DNA from: a virus
IMG/VR virus record: IMGVR_UViG_3300020401_000014
Location: 32,001-96,000 of that record
Reading direction: 5' to 3' (one strand)
Length of the DNA: 64,000 nt
Shown here: positions 22,501-28,385 of the stretch, in pieces
Numbering within the stretch: position 1 is the stretch's first letter
Layout of the letters: every line of letters begins with the position of its first letter
Translations under genes and position numbers: made by a program
Notes under the pieces: generated by a model
The model's database searches: none
What the model was told of the DNA's origin: nothing
The model's input: the letters and a program-made list of their open reading frames with translations, nothing else

Positions 22501-22730
22501 GGTGTCGGCCTTTCTTCTCTTGACAAAAGATCCAGATCGTCACTATAGTAAATTGCAATGTGCCCGACTTGATACTGTGCCCCTAGACGAAACCTAGCGT
22601 ACCACATTGGCAGAGCGCCCGGTAAAGCCGCCCTGTGGGCGCCAAATATATTTCTATTAGATATTCCGGCAAAGGCGGGTTCTGCAGACAAAAAGTCTAA
22701 ATTAAAATCAATATGTACTCCGCCGCCCAT
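4578..22730 (-). CDS. giant 6050-aa virion/adhesin-like protein with CBM5/12-like, RCC1/BLIP-II-like and DUF4214-like modules
   Basis: Uninterrupted 18-kb ORF; about 15 W...Y..GD.V.Y....Y.C/S modules, about 5 'FI...GKVYG.G.N' RCC1-like blades, one VDAVYRLILNRASDTAGEAYY segment. Confidence 0.85.
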   Translation of the reverse strand: MGGGVHIDFNLDFLSAEPAFAGISNRNIFGAHRAALPGALPMWYARFRLGAQYQVGHIAIYYSDDLDLLSREERPTPSSTNLYVCVDGNNAGDFNPPSSSSWKSMEELNITHHTGVRLVSRNDFINGSGNAVNENEICLNLFEFINMPFIVCNATFLPRDKNGAAIALRPTGGASMGGGVVRTKKPSPNLDDGIGFDRLAVNYPEFAISGVGKTPLPSKEFGFASTSLNAHLGANTNIIDATNSPTDPNIDAQVFNSSEVYSVGDFVNYFQPIVSGQIDTTSIPSNWDESFDSTEHPRLAVCIKNTETPARDASGNYDFDKIPWNNASSFWRDYASSTNRPNSSLSSIYDYLVNKQATHRGFQVDSSSVSKNLANESIIPTKARIRMNDFGGGSNIYGHLMAKWGNKLNLYHSSKCRPWYSGANNSSGPFQDGQYDILIYTKNLRKDHGGQPRLAVTFGRTTSIKFLSISGVSTFATHSIDNNKINSYLNVDSFSPSNVSIENATGDLVHYTYDNLIPCYYMSRGYVHARRRGGVHPGGNKGSHLLGKYVLMIEDLLSRQRIEMVTPQLFSNGNPLNGLHGSGWPFQQYGQPPEPRNYSYNPITDGNITQMINTQSVAADTTQAQPLHYLILGNALNPTDQQANAGLVYEDETRVIDRAYRPILLRTDALSSSKFKRIVGLMQTGFPGINADELKEEFSELEDHGTMTNNLWLDLGETFAQQQSDLFKLVVGSAHGKQTGASSGAIKLEDAAISWSDSKEYKTQTIVKLSSGDYWEKTTTSSTNPWFHDQNYSIDDIIYCWEGASKVYYKCIKQNAGFSPKQAYHFFRAKKASQDKNPLEHPGLWSKLVLVDDNLAWINTSVTSITTYTSFRVLANSNSWPTSGRSAVTLGFGWKRAVSEEGIINKIAENNTETNLPSWVQGGNYSPGDLVVVTSGPVKVLSPDGTYKTYEEWIRTFGLEEQSGYSEQELSLLFSTAEAETPVHVYKCLKNTSDVDLENPEDYAGIIPGYIDSSVGSKNYKFVSNVQESNQRFDQLINQNIISQTIWKQITQAEFNQGQLDTGHTNIDYYGIDGNSINKKDVYGSGNCSYDLAFENYYEIGDAVKMGDDFFVKIKMFCLVEEVPSGYDLEDPVIDFDTIIKTESQKAVYNYNINLELSGPANYSTSSTVHSLIRTKWWQPIAKRTGELKKLYGSDNQSNTYFVSPRSFDYLYLNDGVYEQTDQTVLSSQIKVYSDEVKTFDVRGEAFYWSSNVKNITSSMINALDISDSNPELNLENLRVTSIYHPYISQAEFGVNWVTGKGLTANHPLVSNNAHPAVEYFKSWLDSNFDVDFTRDFASGNPSIVDEKLSDKFNLQKLFEKYNPTVKFKYTVLDESGNQVGQADRQYNGETIEISKDESLEITPELEEENGTLITSYSAILNSISSGNVIGEYLRSPREDYQKSISFDLLFTNLSISNPPVDADGLRIPFFTMSEATSGNQDTTSFAANAVTWSEDGEYSRYSIVEYGGNYYELSAGKTELFKNTPNRAVNHYRLLSHNNPTNNFQNNNETEDGVIFAAELSSGDSGFVKYDKNTDYNEPITAPDDVPPFSSEGSIINSGVDLNLFSNSNIFVGGDSQVDLQGEYSQVYTEISTKDTLLSRFKKLNNFYDQISDHSDLFRSSPKWKDVDGPGSDSQTGDLLNLEWSPSEVYSKGDIVTYQNKIYISKELNNNLNPALEPPEWSIVQHYHESSHYSAGDYIYIYQEILELIDEEEGISQSNIQKYGPSEYSGPNEFYPSLSKRKSYKIGEKIVFDNKIYECHTEGSVQAEPDLLLVFNLVSNYSGEPDHGGDIVFFVCQKDLQPGDGGHNPRKVSLLAGMHGDDDVLIRTNDNISKIYNYDEKIQLNFEYQNDGQFSESEKTICISVFGNTESTLLQNIVDEPEITDSHPSLISGYSINSIGEGLVSSGVISFKVKVNNPDPTAVSEIPFEGLNQSEKTSSKFASSGASMFCKNRFIINNNKLYASGLDSSEFGFIGLLEDTSDLKIDLDEYGDESVAYNKMYPFDQISNQEVKIFEENDGDFDYSNATEEASVSGVTMVDSEGGNTVFIFNNKLYGFGHNQGYSLGLCADANDNFGIGQRASSLSLQEKSSEATQDMMEAFLHFDAEYYLKLQATGSDYNLGDERGVFADDQSKVLMAWKYFKNFGFYKSLPAEYELICHSVINSSQISNPYNGYISNLNWSFTDQYNSSKSWIAQSGVMSTVSAYAPPYKPSEFWQTGGLHAFNIDQKYAPTDSNQMVIGDIDAYQEVSIFENFKRLNNKTSDKSEYIETIKSNAAQFKFLSDKVSTVDLSFGGSEPSIGWNGILVSEDALNQNHPNFSSSIINPASQTPATSLSRFKIGDLIGASSLDSFGTTTNFRSFYNTNLIYSNEDPNNQIMPKETLYVQGKPFWDPIIGCPDHVVFDFVSGEYPEGSDDSKDNVLGLYKLVSESNITFGNYPRFSKSLEISNLAGGERWQDGLSGNIKSVIPARTYVPRATKLTDEDVTWASTNKYSTFYINSSGQVKALGSVCACPAFEIQGFDDSDLSSEGNLNLNSEIDIQNFDSFGNLRLSPDPYVYSNDAWGLVYSEKGTVDSSNLQNKSDILSGESKIAGKDNSIYNFFNPLDGSFITSAPLESDVTTHNGIEVNQFGIYSPTSVFHVPWFSGVNSDATVDAVYRLILNRASDTAGEAYYTARGYLTVYELVQHIIDEGINHGGEYDPSIHGEDPTPASVKRDFEFLKTFGNTGISYASSTPAKHLIQISPDFFGAVNIENCERQEVNGTYRMATAFNDLNQWYNHPFNSDARSEGYGIWVSEKDTAYGKILIFFDAAFKLWRMQYSDFYVQETFSSGADPKIELLIAMQYHYEDANAADGTGYTKTSKANNKTPADVDSWVVGTGAWLNQDVEEGGEAQDPVVVSNTQHTFYDSTRVSWPARRFYSAYNWNTTQHAHLTIFPIPLDATVTNPSFTFGTDGHTNLFSPDGVSHYFNRRDWQGARPVEIIRNYTFPTEAINLVSSESLRDALALQNFNVAEDDDEYYHKGTVHSNFSGDAVSMPGEHLIVDDSFEIVGALDNDGSKQIDVNTVVDITIPTGDQAGNTRTWIPAHWGDKFNIKNDSNSNLPAWPGYRTEGGIIYGNGGWNYIPEDVDFVTEFSGNNIASGALGHYRGGAVREAFSMLSPFDTVPTGSRDSLDVWRYNLNVEAESITFKVKFTKKPGNFNSTGVAFGFYIFQDAGYKPLYMTDVDALFSTWPLTHKYPGDPLFLDFSRSAFMYGFSSIGAYLSDDTPGFGGIETPGFAGFPGAGSLPIIYNGNPLEIGLVDNFVGDGYNTVSASGAMLPTGTADFHFQDDSQRKTVPDVYVQNGEFVTLGGTRFYYFNPNFAPSSGRDFMHDNKFDADARQYAFLQRFFRWDNYIYEAYDDNGTFTFSGPNRDLIINSSGLTGSRPENFSADQWGIASDHILNRDENRIIGFGVQGYGAAITLYNASLIDGFPSAPGAELTSDAQFERHDAFHVNSHFGSGSSHNFGSYADFDENGELEMEITLLFNDTLNYSASNSIPPQGFFVVPVAEHLDTVSEIDLNLLNEEYEITASVTPFVEVFDEPMFLSSCTTLHVVTQDPVTNAPLTQVQAAEKNITPQSFSLESGGVSQYYSSITGLDASPFDYEISETYIQSDFTERFLSAGFPKKSWVNYFLGELTDWNFYFDNQPGLESQLSAQYPGVPLALLGLYDWNSQMFWNQRVEKSQYLQAGGSQRIKSSASYYRGIDSMRHNADWFYDDIFGWTTKSNGTHEPPSNLKQYSDSEWYFTTKYNCWFEVKSDQKTRRDNGSSFDVFLLNYGFNLIQHSPGSIPYNNDGLVSFDSFGEVLVGEIQIDQTYNQLDSYVYNNGDVVKIELAESEKLYRTLYFVSLKDNNTEEVGFIGSLSQVDEKKIKVPAPKGITKRYSITKQNTSSDSNLDGSLVVYDPSEYGGDKAKSVELGDSHALILTESGKVFGVGDNSFKQIDKKFTRNDNFNGLIQDDLYGRSVNNDILYLECIQNNAQSPFDQKSHWKQIPKPVWPVNAWKQSSTYSVGDKVFVRNETFFSILYLPQGNTNVKVTDKVIGSKWLDLGFWTEMEATFENSNRYAMSSEVVCARTIGEMFEREWAPGYSSSPPFDNSFYNVIIFAGKKDLIHHTKGMKSQHRYSYGDSFFITDRCYLNPHQIFNFESVSAVQNVRISAIDASGKGSIFLDSSNNLYGIGNNEISCSKKGEYLSDNPLGTVFGFRSEFLEGPSFIADGVTFMSKVGDCVSFISGGKSYRAGGVGLNPYFENYQELGAPALILDNDGTEIKAKTVFVESVDFWDKEDWFMERFLSQKFKNKFYLKGEKYKEMSESRISLNSRVGQYTSHTYNTPEINSFIEPYDSAKNYQAHIKSGQIYDAETETYIQTERPELSSGRDSAIKFNALPSAFESTVPSLVTYENKIYKCIQNNGADNFSNEVNSLFMKNRRCRNWQSSFTEDNMVFIPGQAGSELYWEEVSDLQNKNIIQTIVEKLNLFSFSSMIYVDSNNKLNIRGYNFGYTSGTGGVMSGLKDNSALIANERGSELGVRSPESQNIIRKHAGVKAFNYDLTNAVRLQNPFHVSSLYLDLQQGFVRDWVHPDPVGVEFNQTISGGRSLNCVDFLGFNRARGRYLFAFENSSQAFVGQTWSGGYDYNEGEYVFDEGQVYRAKVEIAGEAFNSQSPADDTNRWEQLTGTLRQTEIEAATNMDIGDYSNLNFVSQNTVYGSLNFADFQLLANNWKPHVSSHAPTGRILDRELSNSSSFGRKNTLFNGELYYSWPVLDPFAPSFMQGLGAKYATPLTQRFVIGHYTPANYAGIDRLDIGLIDFSSNPYGHKTGLESLRDNVYSWLNFEHSTEYPALIPAALRTPVKGLLSWWDLVKDVSKKLKYSKNIDTSIQDHQAFSEFTFMENYYGVENSNTFPLSDKTHFEAKPHISESAAPWQNRDNTQYYNPWSESNNFIQYAAKQENWSVFTSLTTYDMKNFDNIYGGNVNSNMLAGFLNDSQILNPSNFEDSIWDEWFSSQINEDDFSGLTDAFKELTIFDLNSHDKFLLGSYMLDPASLPFGESIPRWGYGFESDKIVSKSEYNIGERVFHKGFCFVSTVNSNSLEPVVSNSRDAGIDENGWNAIEPEELHRFRSQIGTAHQVTSAKLNSNSIVDGDPYLRQEYIPQQTIGHSQIDFSFARKSDLTNFHKIKDFDLFDRAEWNKANQNNETPADLMPHETHPIVEAENTRAEPLSAQAKNIKGIDYPFWYAVKSQAQSAAYNSYFDNYWSNFQGYSGFSQQKFHYMHSLGRFYHVLGYYDEYHTNATGDSGYERKSKSEIPAGDNTQPDDSPVFWIFNFRVPTNIPNYIQNYEYTFANGTKISVNPRFAVRTSAQIQAMKNQIDANGVESILDESGNVLTDPEEIANNIPIEIFYHVRDMVQTSPTLQAVKNVKYKFPKPAFPNPFGQVTDYMEAVSEMHNFGFSNFTKGSDASTDIWGREINQDFYCSPKFSTDYYNQLKENYYIDRSPTGISNVYCENTMTESNISTWKNDSAISLYSIDASGDLSFTKQDDIIQVPNGAFYLPNRNKMHVESTGLLLTKEEKDHSQILYKYTNSAGNLVVSAVLYGPELYYRGGEFRSNFEFVKGKVYLVLGGLYVCLQSWDVVSMHGNNDVRFPFLGKNDYMEFLGDIYANSVSIQSEDVYSQSADGKLALVSDKKFNYFEDFAHAIRNRRHLRFELRKIWSMETNVNNQSMNYIDSGTTYRHQGFINPSDTSSDKYAYVLEGGFAGIAMSDYFDIFKDTYSNKINKSYTDSESHNTTSLATTFQVGLHHKHHQISKDQAKLLAEKHIINLAKKREGLDYVWYDARKCKWIAGRNWLQESVAGEYSSEDLARSAAQNAGLSDNDLFEWGVECYPDIYKNDDGSVNRSMDKWIEHDVIYIGGKKHHQCLARIHGVIEKWKSEIDNKFPGILKVKNGGLALALLGSMINIKDWHNTNIEIDIAQ

Positions 22731-23244
22731 TTTTATAAAAAGTTACTTGAGAAAATTTTTTATCTTTGGGCGTGATTTCGGCTCCCAAAAACTTCAACCA
22801 TCGGATGCCTAATTTATTTTTATTTTCTACTATGTTTACAAGTATATCAAAATCTTCTCCAAATAGCCAATCAAAGTGGTCTTTTGATATTTTCATAAAT
22901 TCATATGCGCCCAGAATGCTTTTTAGGTTGCCATAACTTTTTTTCATTCCTCCTTTGAATTTTAATATGTCAAGAGAGCTTTTGGTTCCCAAGGCCCAGA
23001 CTCCGCCCACTCTTTCGTGAGGAGACTCATGCACGCCAAGGCACCCAACCAACGAATCATCGCTAAAACAAAACGAGAGGCTTCTTACTGAAGAATTAAA
23101 TGTACTAACAACATGCTCTTGATAGTTTTCCCAGCCCAAATATTGTGAGTGCCTTAAATCAACCTCTCTAGGATGCATGCACAACTCCATAATATCTCCA
23201 TCTTGCACGTCCCTGACATAGCCATTTTTACCTAAAATTTTCAT
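22708..23244 (-). CDS. GNAT-fold protein, T7 gp13/DUF2833-like
   Basis: VGCLGV..VGGVWALGT and LVNIVENKNKLGIRWLKFLG motifs. Confidence 0.6.
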   Translation of the reverse strand: MKILGKNGYVRDVQDGDIMELCMHPREVDLRHSQYLGWENYQEHVVSTFNSSVRSLSFCFSDDSLVGCLGVHESPHERVGGVWALGTKSSLDILKFKGGMKKSYGNLKSILGAYEFMKISKDHFDWLFGEDFDILVNIVENKNKLGIRWLKFLGAEITPKDKKFSQVTFYKNGRRSTY

Positions 23245-23284
23245 ACCGAACCTTATATATTATATACACAAGAGGCTGAATTTA

Positions 23285-24364
23285 TTAACTTTTATTGTGC
23301 TTAACTAGATTGTTTTGGAAAAATACTAAATTTTTGGGGTTCGTAGGAGAAAACCCTTTTAGCATAGCTCTATTTTGTTCTTCGTAAACATTTATATTTT
23401 CTTCGTGATTTTTTACTGCATTAATTAACTGATTCGCAGCAAAATTTATATTACAATCATTATAATAATATCCATATGATTTAATATATTCAGAATTATG
23501 TATAAGCGGTAAATTTAAATACAAAGCTTCTAAAAATAAATAATTTAAAATATTGTTTTCTTGATATGATAATACATATTTTCCTATACTATTAAATACA
23601 TCAAATGAACTCCAAGACCCACTTAAAAATAATTTCTTTACTTTATCTATATTTAATTGTCGCGTGAATTTAAAAATGTTTTTACTTTTTTTAAGCTTTT
23701 GAGTATTAAACATACTAAATGAGTCAAAGCTCTCGGGTGAAATATGATTTGCTCGCTCACAAATTAACATAGGTACTAGAGAATTCTTAAAAGCATTTTG
23801 ATTGTTTTCAAGTACAACTACATTCTTCTTTTCATTTTTAACTTTAAAATTTATATTTTTTTCGTTTTTCTTTATACTGATAAACATAGGCGACCAAAGG
23901 TATGGTGCGGCCTTTGACTCGCAGTCCATATTGTGATACGTTTTAGCATACTCCAACGAAGCTGCATGATGTTCTGGAACCCACACTTCATCAGCATACC
24001 AGGTTCTTGCTCGCATTTGCCTAGAGTTTACAAAATCCTCTTGGTCTATTGCTGCAGAGTAATAATGATCGTATAAAATAAACTTACAAGCTGGATTAGC
24101 TTCTTTTATTTTTGTATATTCTGCTTTAGAAAGCTCAAAGCAAGACATTATGACATAATCTATTTCAGGAAACTTTTCTAAATATACATCTTCTATATCA
24201 TAAAACTTACAATCTAGATTATTTTGCACATCAGACTTAAATCTATTTAACAAAAAAACATTAAATCCTGCTTTTTCGATAGATTTATACATAAAAATTG
24301 AGGCTTGAATTGCAGATTTTTTCCAAACTGAACTGCCTAAATCGCAAGTAATAAAAATATTCAT
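23285..24364 (-). CDS. DUF2827-family glycosyltransferase-like protein
   Basis: WVPEH, APYLWSP, EN.LNYLFLEALYLNLPLIHNS..YGYYY motifs. Confidence 0.75.
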   Translation of the reverse strand: MNIFITCDLGSSVWKKSAIQASIFMYKSIEKAGFNVFLLNRFKSDVQNNLDCKFYDIEDVYLEKFPEIDYVIMSCFELSKAEYTKIKEANPACKFILYDHYYSAAIDQEDFVNSRQMRARTWYADEVWVPEHHAASLEYAKTYHNMDCESKAAPYLWSPMFISIKKNEKNINFKVKNEKKNVVVLENNQNAFKNSLVPMLICERANHISPESFDSFSMFNTQKLKKSKNIFKFTRQLNIDKVKKLFLSGSWSSFDVFNSIGKYVLSYQENNILNYLFLEALYLNLPLIHNSEYIKSYGYYYNDCNINFAANQLINAVKNHEENINVYEEQNRAMLKGFSPTNPKNLVFFQNNLVKHNKS

Positions 24365-24402
24365 AAATACGTGTAATCTATTTTACACAAATATAACGCA
24401 TA

Positions 24403-25227
24403 ATGGAGATACCAAAGATCATTCATCAAAGCCACAAAGGGCCAGAGTCTACAATACCTGAGCGAGAATTAAAAATCAGGTCTAAGCTTTTAATGAATCA
24501 TGCTGACTGGGAATATAAGTACTGGACAGACGAAGATAATAGAAAATTAATAACAGACCATTATCCTTGGTTTTTGAAAACATACGATCAATATGCTTAT
24601 CCAATACAAAGAGCAGATGTTGCCAGATATTTTTATATGCACAAATATGGCGGGGTATATTTAGATTTAGACATGTTTTCCTTGCAGCCAATGGACGAAT
24701 TATTTCAAAGAATTAACGATAATGAAGCTCAATTTCTTGTAAACGTCACAGGACATAAATCGGTTGTATTATTTGAAGAGTATCCAAACGCTTATGGAGC
24801 ACAGAAATCCATTTATAACGCCATACTTGCCTCCGAAAGAGGGGCGGATTTTTGGATGCTATGCTTTTATATGCTAGCCCAAGAGCAAAAATTACAAAAC
24901 TACGAAGACATTGGAATGGAAAATACAGTTTTCAGAACTACTGGCCCTAGGTTTCTCCATAGTGCCGCAAACGCACATATTAACATGTCTTATTTAAAAA
25001 ATTTATGTATACTGCCTTACTTTTATACAAACCCTGTTTGCCTAAGGGTAAAAGGTAGCGATAATCAACTAGTATTATTTAATAAGTATAACATCAAATC
25101 TTTATTTCAAAAAGCAAATCTTGATGGCGGTTGGTTGTTGGTGCCGAAAGATTATCAAACAAAAGAGCTGCTCGCTGATTCTTACTTTATGCACTTATCA
25201 GCTAGGACCTGGAGCCATGAAAGATAG
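24403..25227 (+). CDS. GT32 (OCH1/SUR1-like) DxD glycosyltransferase
   Basis: IPKIIHQ, YKYWTD, RADVARY...YGGVYLDLD, TTGPRFL. Confidence 0.9.
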   Translation: MEIPKIIHQSHKGPESTIPERELKIRSKLLMNHADWEYKYWTDEDNRKLITDHYPWFLKTYDQYAYPIQRADVARYFYMHKYGGVYLDLDMFSLQPMDELFQRINDNEAQFLVNVTGHKSVVLFEEYPNAYGAQKSIYNAILASERGADFWMLCFYMLAQEQKLQNYEDIGMENTVFRTTGPRFLHSAANAHINMSYLKNLCILPYFYTNPVCLRVKGSDNQLVLFNKYNIKSLFQKANLDGGWLLVPKDYQTKELLADSYFMHLSARTWSHER

Positions 25228-26455
25228 AATTATATTTGACAATAGGTTTCTATTTGATCATCAATTTGAATTTGAAGGTTTTTTTATGGATTGTGAAATT
25301 GGTAGTGAAGAATTTTTTAGCTACATTTGCAAAAAACTTATACCTCTAACAAATGATAAAAATGCAATGCAAAACTTGCTAGGAGACTTCAAATATTATC
25401 CTGAAGATTACAGAGGTGAATACGACCATGCCGTAGCAAACCACAACTACAATCAGTTTTTAAACCTCTATACCACACCCAATCCTAGGTGCTGGGTTGA
25501 CAAATTTAAAAATGTATTTAGCGATACAAGTGGATTTATTCACGAAGGTTGGGATTTAGCAATAAAAGAATTTAAGCCATTCTGGGGTTTGGGAGACGTT
25601 AATTTTATGACTTTTTTTGAGTCGCATTTTGGCTGGTTTTCTAATGAAGAAAGTATGATGGAGTTTTCTGGCATGAATATATCTATGCTTTGCGAGTTAT
25701 TTCCTAAGGAAAAATTTGTGGCAATAGTACACGACCCATTTGATACCAGTAAGTACATAAATAAAATTACTCCATATCCAGATGAAGTTCTAGATATTAT
25801 ATCCAAACAATGCTTGGGGATGTATTTTCTTAGCGATTGTGAGGTAGATAAATATAAATCTTTTTTTAGATCTAAAGGAATCAACATTCCTTGTGAAAAA
25901 ATTTTACATCCCATCAAAAAGATTGAGAAAATTTTCGACATAGAGGGCTTTTTATCTAGACCAAAAAGAAAACTAACCTCTTCAGGAATACATTTAAGAA
26001 ACCCTTTTGATTTTACCAAAATGATGGTTCCAGCAAATTACTCAAAAAGATTAATACCATGGGAGATAAGGCTGCAAAACGCATATTCAAACCCAGGAGC
26101 AAATGCAGACGACATTGAAAAAACACCACCAATCTCTATTAAAGAATACTACAAATTATACGAAACTGATATATTTTTCTTGAGCACTTTTGATTGTTCT
26201 GCAAATAATGTAGTATTAGATTGCATAGATTGTGCAACACCAATTTTAGTAAAAAGAAACCCTTCCATGGAAGAATATTTGGGACCTAAATACCCGTTGT
26301 TTTTTGATGACATAATTGATGCGCACGTTTTATTATCGTCTGATATTAATATAGTTAAAGCCCACGAATACCTAAAAAGCATTAGGCAGAAATTTTTAAA
26401 GATAGGCTCTATATACAATCAAATTAAAAATACAGATATATATAAGTCAATTTAA
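25217..26455 (+). CDS. glycosyltransferase-like protein
   Basis: SANNVVLDCI..TPILVKR.P..EYLG..YPLF GT-B-like C-terminus; ATG 25217 preferred. Confidence 0.55.
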   Translation: MKDRIIFDNRFLFDHQFEFEGFFMDCEIGSEEFFSYICKKLIPLTNDKNAMQNLLGDFKYYPEDYRGEYDHAVANHNYNQFLNLYTTPNPRCWVDKFKNVFSDTSGFIHEGWDLAIKEFKPFWGLGDVNFMTFFESHFGWFSNEESMMEFSGMNISMLCELFPKEKFVAIVHDPFDTSKYINKITPYPDEVLDIISKQCLGMYFLSDCEVDKYKSFFRSKGINIPCEKILHPIKKIEKIFDIEGFLSRPKRKLTSSGIHLRNPFDFTKMMVPANYSKRLIPWEIRLQNAYSNPGANADDIEKTPPISIKEYYKLYETDIFFLSTFDCSANNVVLDCIDCATPILVKRNPSMEEYLGPKYPLFFDDIIDAHVLLSSDINIVKAHEYLKSIRQKFLKIGSIYNQIKNTDIYKSI

Positions 26456-27262
26456 ATCGTCTGCCCACTCCTTTACGACTGAACCGTAAATTTTAAAAAA
26501 TTCATCAAAATGATCCTGCAGAACATCAAAAGCCGCTTTCCGTTCGTCTTCAGACAGAGGTTTTTTACTTCTAGCATGCCCTACCTTGTTTTTCATTTCT
26601 AAATCGGTTACGCCTAAAAATTTAAATATTTCACTATATTGATCTTGCCCTGCGGGTATTGTTTGTCCATTTTGGTATTCTACATTTTCTTTATAGCATG
26701 GGGGCATTAAGCGTTCCTGTATGACAAATAACATTTTATCTCTTTTAAAATATTTTAAGTATGACTCTAGTGTTGACGCATAATTATACTTTGTAAACGC
26801 TTGATGGTTTTTTAAATTATAAATAAAATCTTCACTAGGGTCCCATTGTTGATTATTTGGCTTGCACCACTGCTCGCCTCTAGCCAAGCACTGCTGATAG
26901 TGATTATAAGCAGAGTATGCTCGGTCTATTGGGTTTCTGAATGTAAAAATTAATTTTACGTTAGGCACAATCTGACTCATCCTTTTTGCTGAAAATTCTG
27001 GCCTAAGAGAATAGCTGGGAGATTTTTCTCCGCACACTTTTAAGTCTGTGTTAAATTTAGATTTATACCAATTTAAAGCTTCTTCATGAGGCATTTCATG
27101 AAAACCTTTAGACTTGCAAAAAAAATTTATTTCGGGTCTTGCGGCGCAATATTGACCCTCGCAATAAGCCATGTAAATATCTGGATGATTATCCAGATTT
27201 TTTCTGAGAGCTGTGGTGCCTGATTTTTGAAAACCAGGAATTATAAAGTCAGGAAGCCTCAT
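26447..27262 (-). CDS. sulfotransferase (heparan-sulfate sulfotransferase-like)
   Basis: 5'-PSB motif PDFIIPGFQKSGTT, E..FF, GEKSPSY, 3'-PB motif RNPIDRAYS. Confidence 0.92.
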   Translation of the reverse strand: MRLPDFIIPGFQKSGTTALRKNLDNHPDIYMAYCEGQYCAARPEINFFCKSKGFHEMPHEEALNWYKSKFNTDLKVCGEKSPSYSLRPEFSAKRMSQIVPNVKLIFTFRNPIDRAYSAYNHYQQCLARGEQWCKPNNQQWDPSEDFIYNLKNHQAFTKYNYASTLESYLKYFKRDKMLFVIQERLMPPCYKENVEYQNGQTIPAGQDQYSEIFKFLGVTDLEMKNKVGHARSKKPLSEDERKAAFDVLQDHFDEFFKIYGSVVKEWADDLN

Positions 27263-27264
27263 GA

Positions 27265-28341
27265 TTATTTTTCAGTTATAAGGATATATTTCAAAAAGTC
27301 TTTTATGGTTTTTTCTCGCTCTTCGGATGTTTTTTTACCACAGAAATATTCCTCTTCGTGAAACATTGACCAGAACGACCCTTCTATATCGCATTTTAAC
27401 TCTTCTGCAGAAGGTCTAGTAGACATGACTTCTGCAAGAGCTTTCAGGCTAAGAGCGTTCAGTTTGGCAAGACTGTTTTGAATATATTCGTTAACTTCTT
27501 CTAGCGTAATTTCTTTGAAGCATTTTTCTGCATGTCGCTTTTGTTCTAAAAACTTTTTGACACCTAATCCAACTTCTTCTCCATTATGATCAAAATGCGT
27601 GCAAACCATTTGTGAATCTAAAACAATATCATAACCTCTAAGTTTTATATCATTGCATAAACAAATATCTGGACCCCAAAAGTAAGATTTTGTTCCTTCT
27701 GGAATTTCTACTCTAAGAGGCAAGCAGTCCTTGACAACACTACTCCTCCATAATGCACACCCTGTGCCGCAGTGAGTGATATCTAGCTCTCCCATCCCCC
27801 AAACATCGTCAATATCGCACATCCCATCTTTTTTTAGATTACGCGCAACGGAGACCATACGAGAGCTATCTTCCCTGCTCCAGTCTGGGTTAGTAAAGTA
27901 ATATCCAGTCATACATCCAATGCGATTATTCTTCATCATTGAAACTAAAAATGCCATTAATATATGAGAAGGACAAAGGACGTCGTCGTCTAAAGTAAAA
28001 ATATAGTCAGATTTACAATACTCAAAGCCAAAATTAAATGCGTCTGCTGTTGATTTATGCTTTTTGTATGCATTCTCTGAATCCCTTGCTTTTTCAATAA
28101 CATCAGGCAGCCCAGCGGTGCAATTAATGATGTTGATTTCTTTAAACGCTTCATTGGCATTATGTTCAGCAAGAGTATCTTGCATAATTTTAGAAAAGCT
28201 TGGGTCGCAAGCATTATCTACTACCGTTAAAGATACATTAGGCACGGAACTACCCATAGTAAACAAGGAGCTGGCCCATGACTCTAAAACCCCAACCTTG
28301 CCACATACAACAGTCAATATATCAACAGATGGAAATGCCAT
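27265..28341 (-). CDS. GT2-family glycosyltransferase
   Basis: VVDNA, DYIFTLDDDV, GTGCALW, GPDICLC..GY.I.LD. Confidence 0.8.
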   Translation of the reverse strand: MAFPSVDILTVVCGKVGVLESWASSLFTMGSSVPNVSLTVVDNACDPSFSKIMQDTLAEHNANEAFKEINIINCTAGLPDVIEKARDSENAYKKHKSTADAFNFGFEYCKSDYIFTLDDDVLCPSHILMAFLVSMMKNNRIGCMTGYYFTNPDWSREDSSRMVSVARNLKKDGMCDIDDVWGMGELDITHCGTGCALWRSSVVKDCLPLRVEIPEGTKSYFWGPDICLCNDIKLRGYDIVLDSQMVCTHFDHNGEEVGLGVKKFLEQKRHAEKCFKEITLEEVNEYIQNSLAKLNALSLKALAEVMSTRPSAEELKCDIEGSFWSMFHEEEYFCGKKTSEEREKTIKDFLKYILITEK

Positions 28342-28385
28342 ATAATTATTTACACGGCTCGCACATCAAGGTGTACATTATTTTA

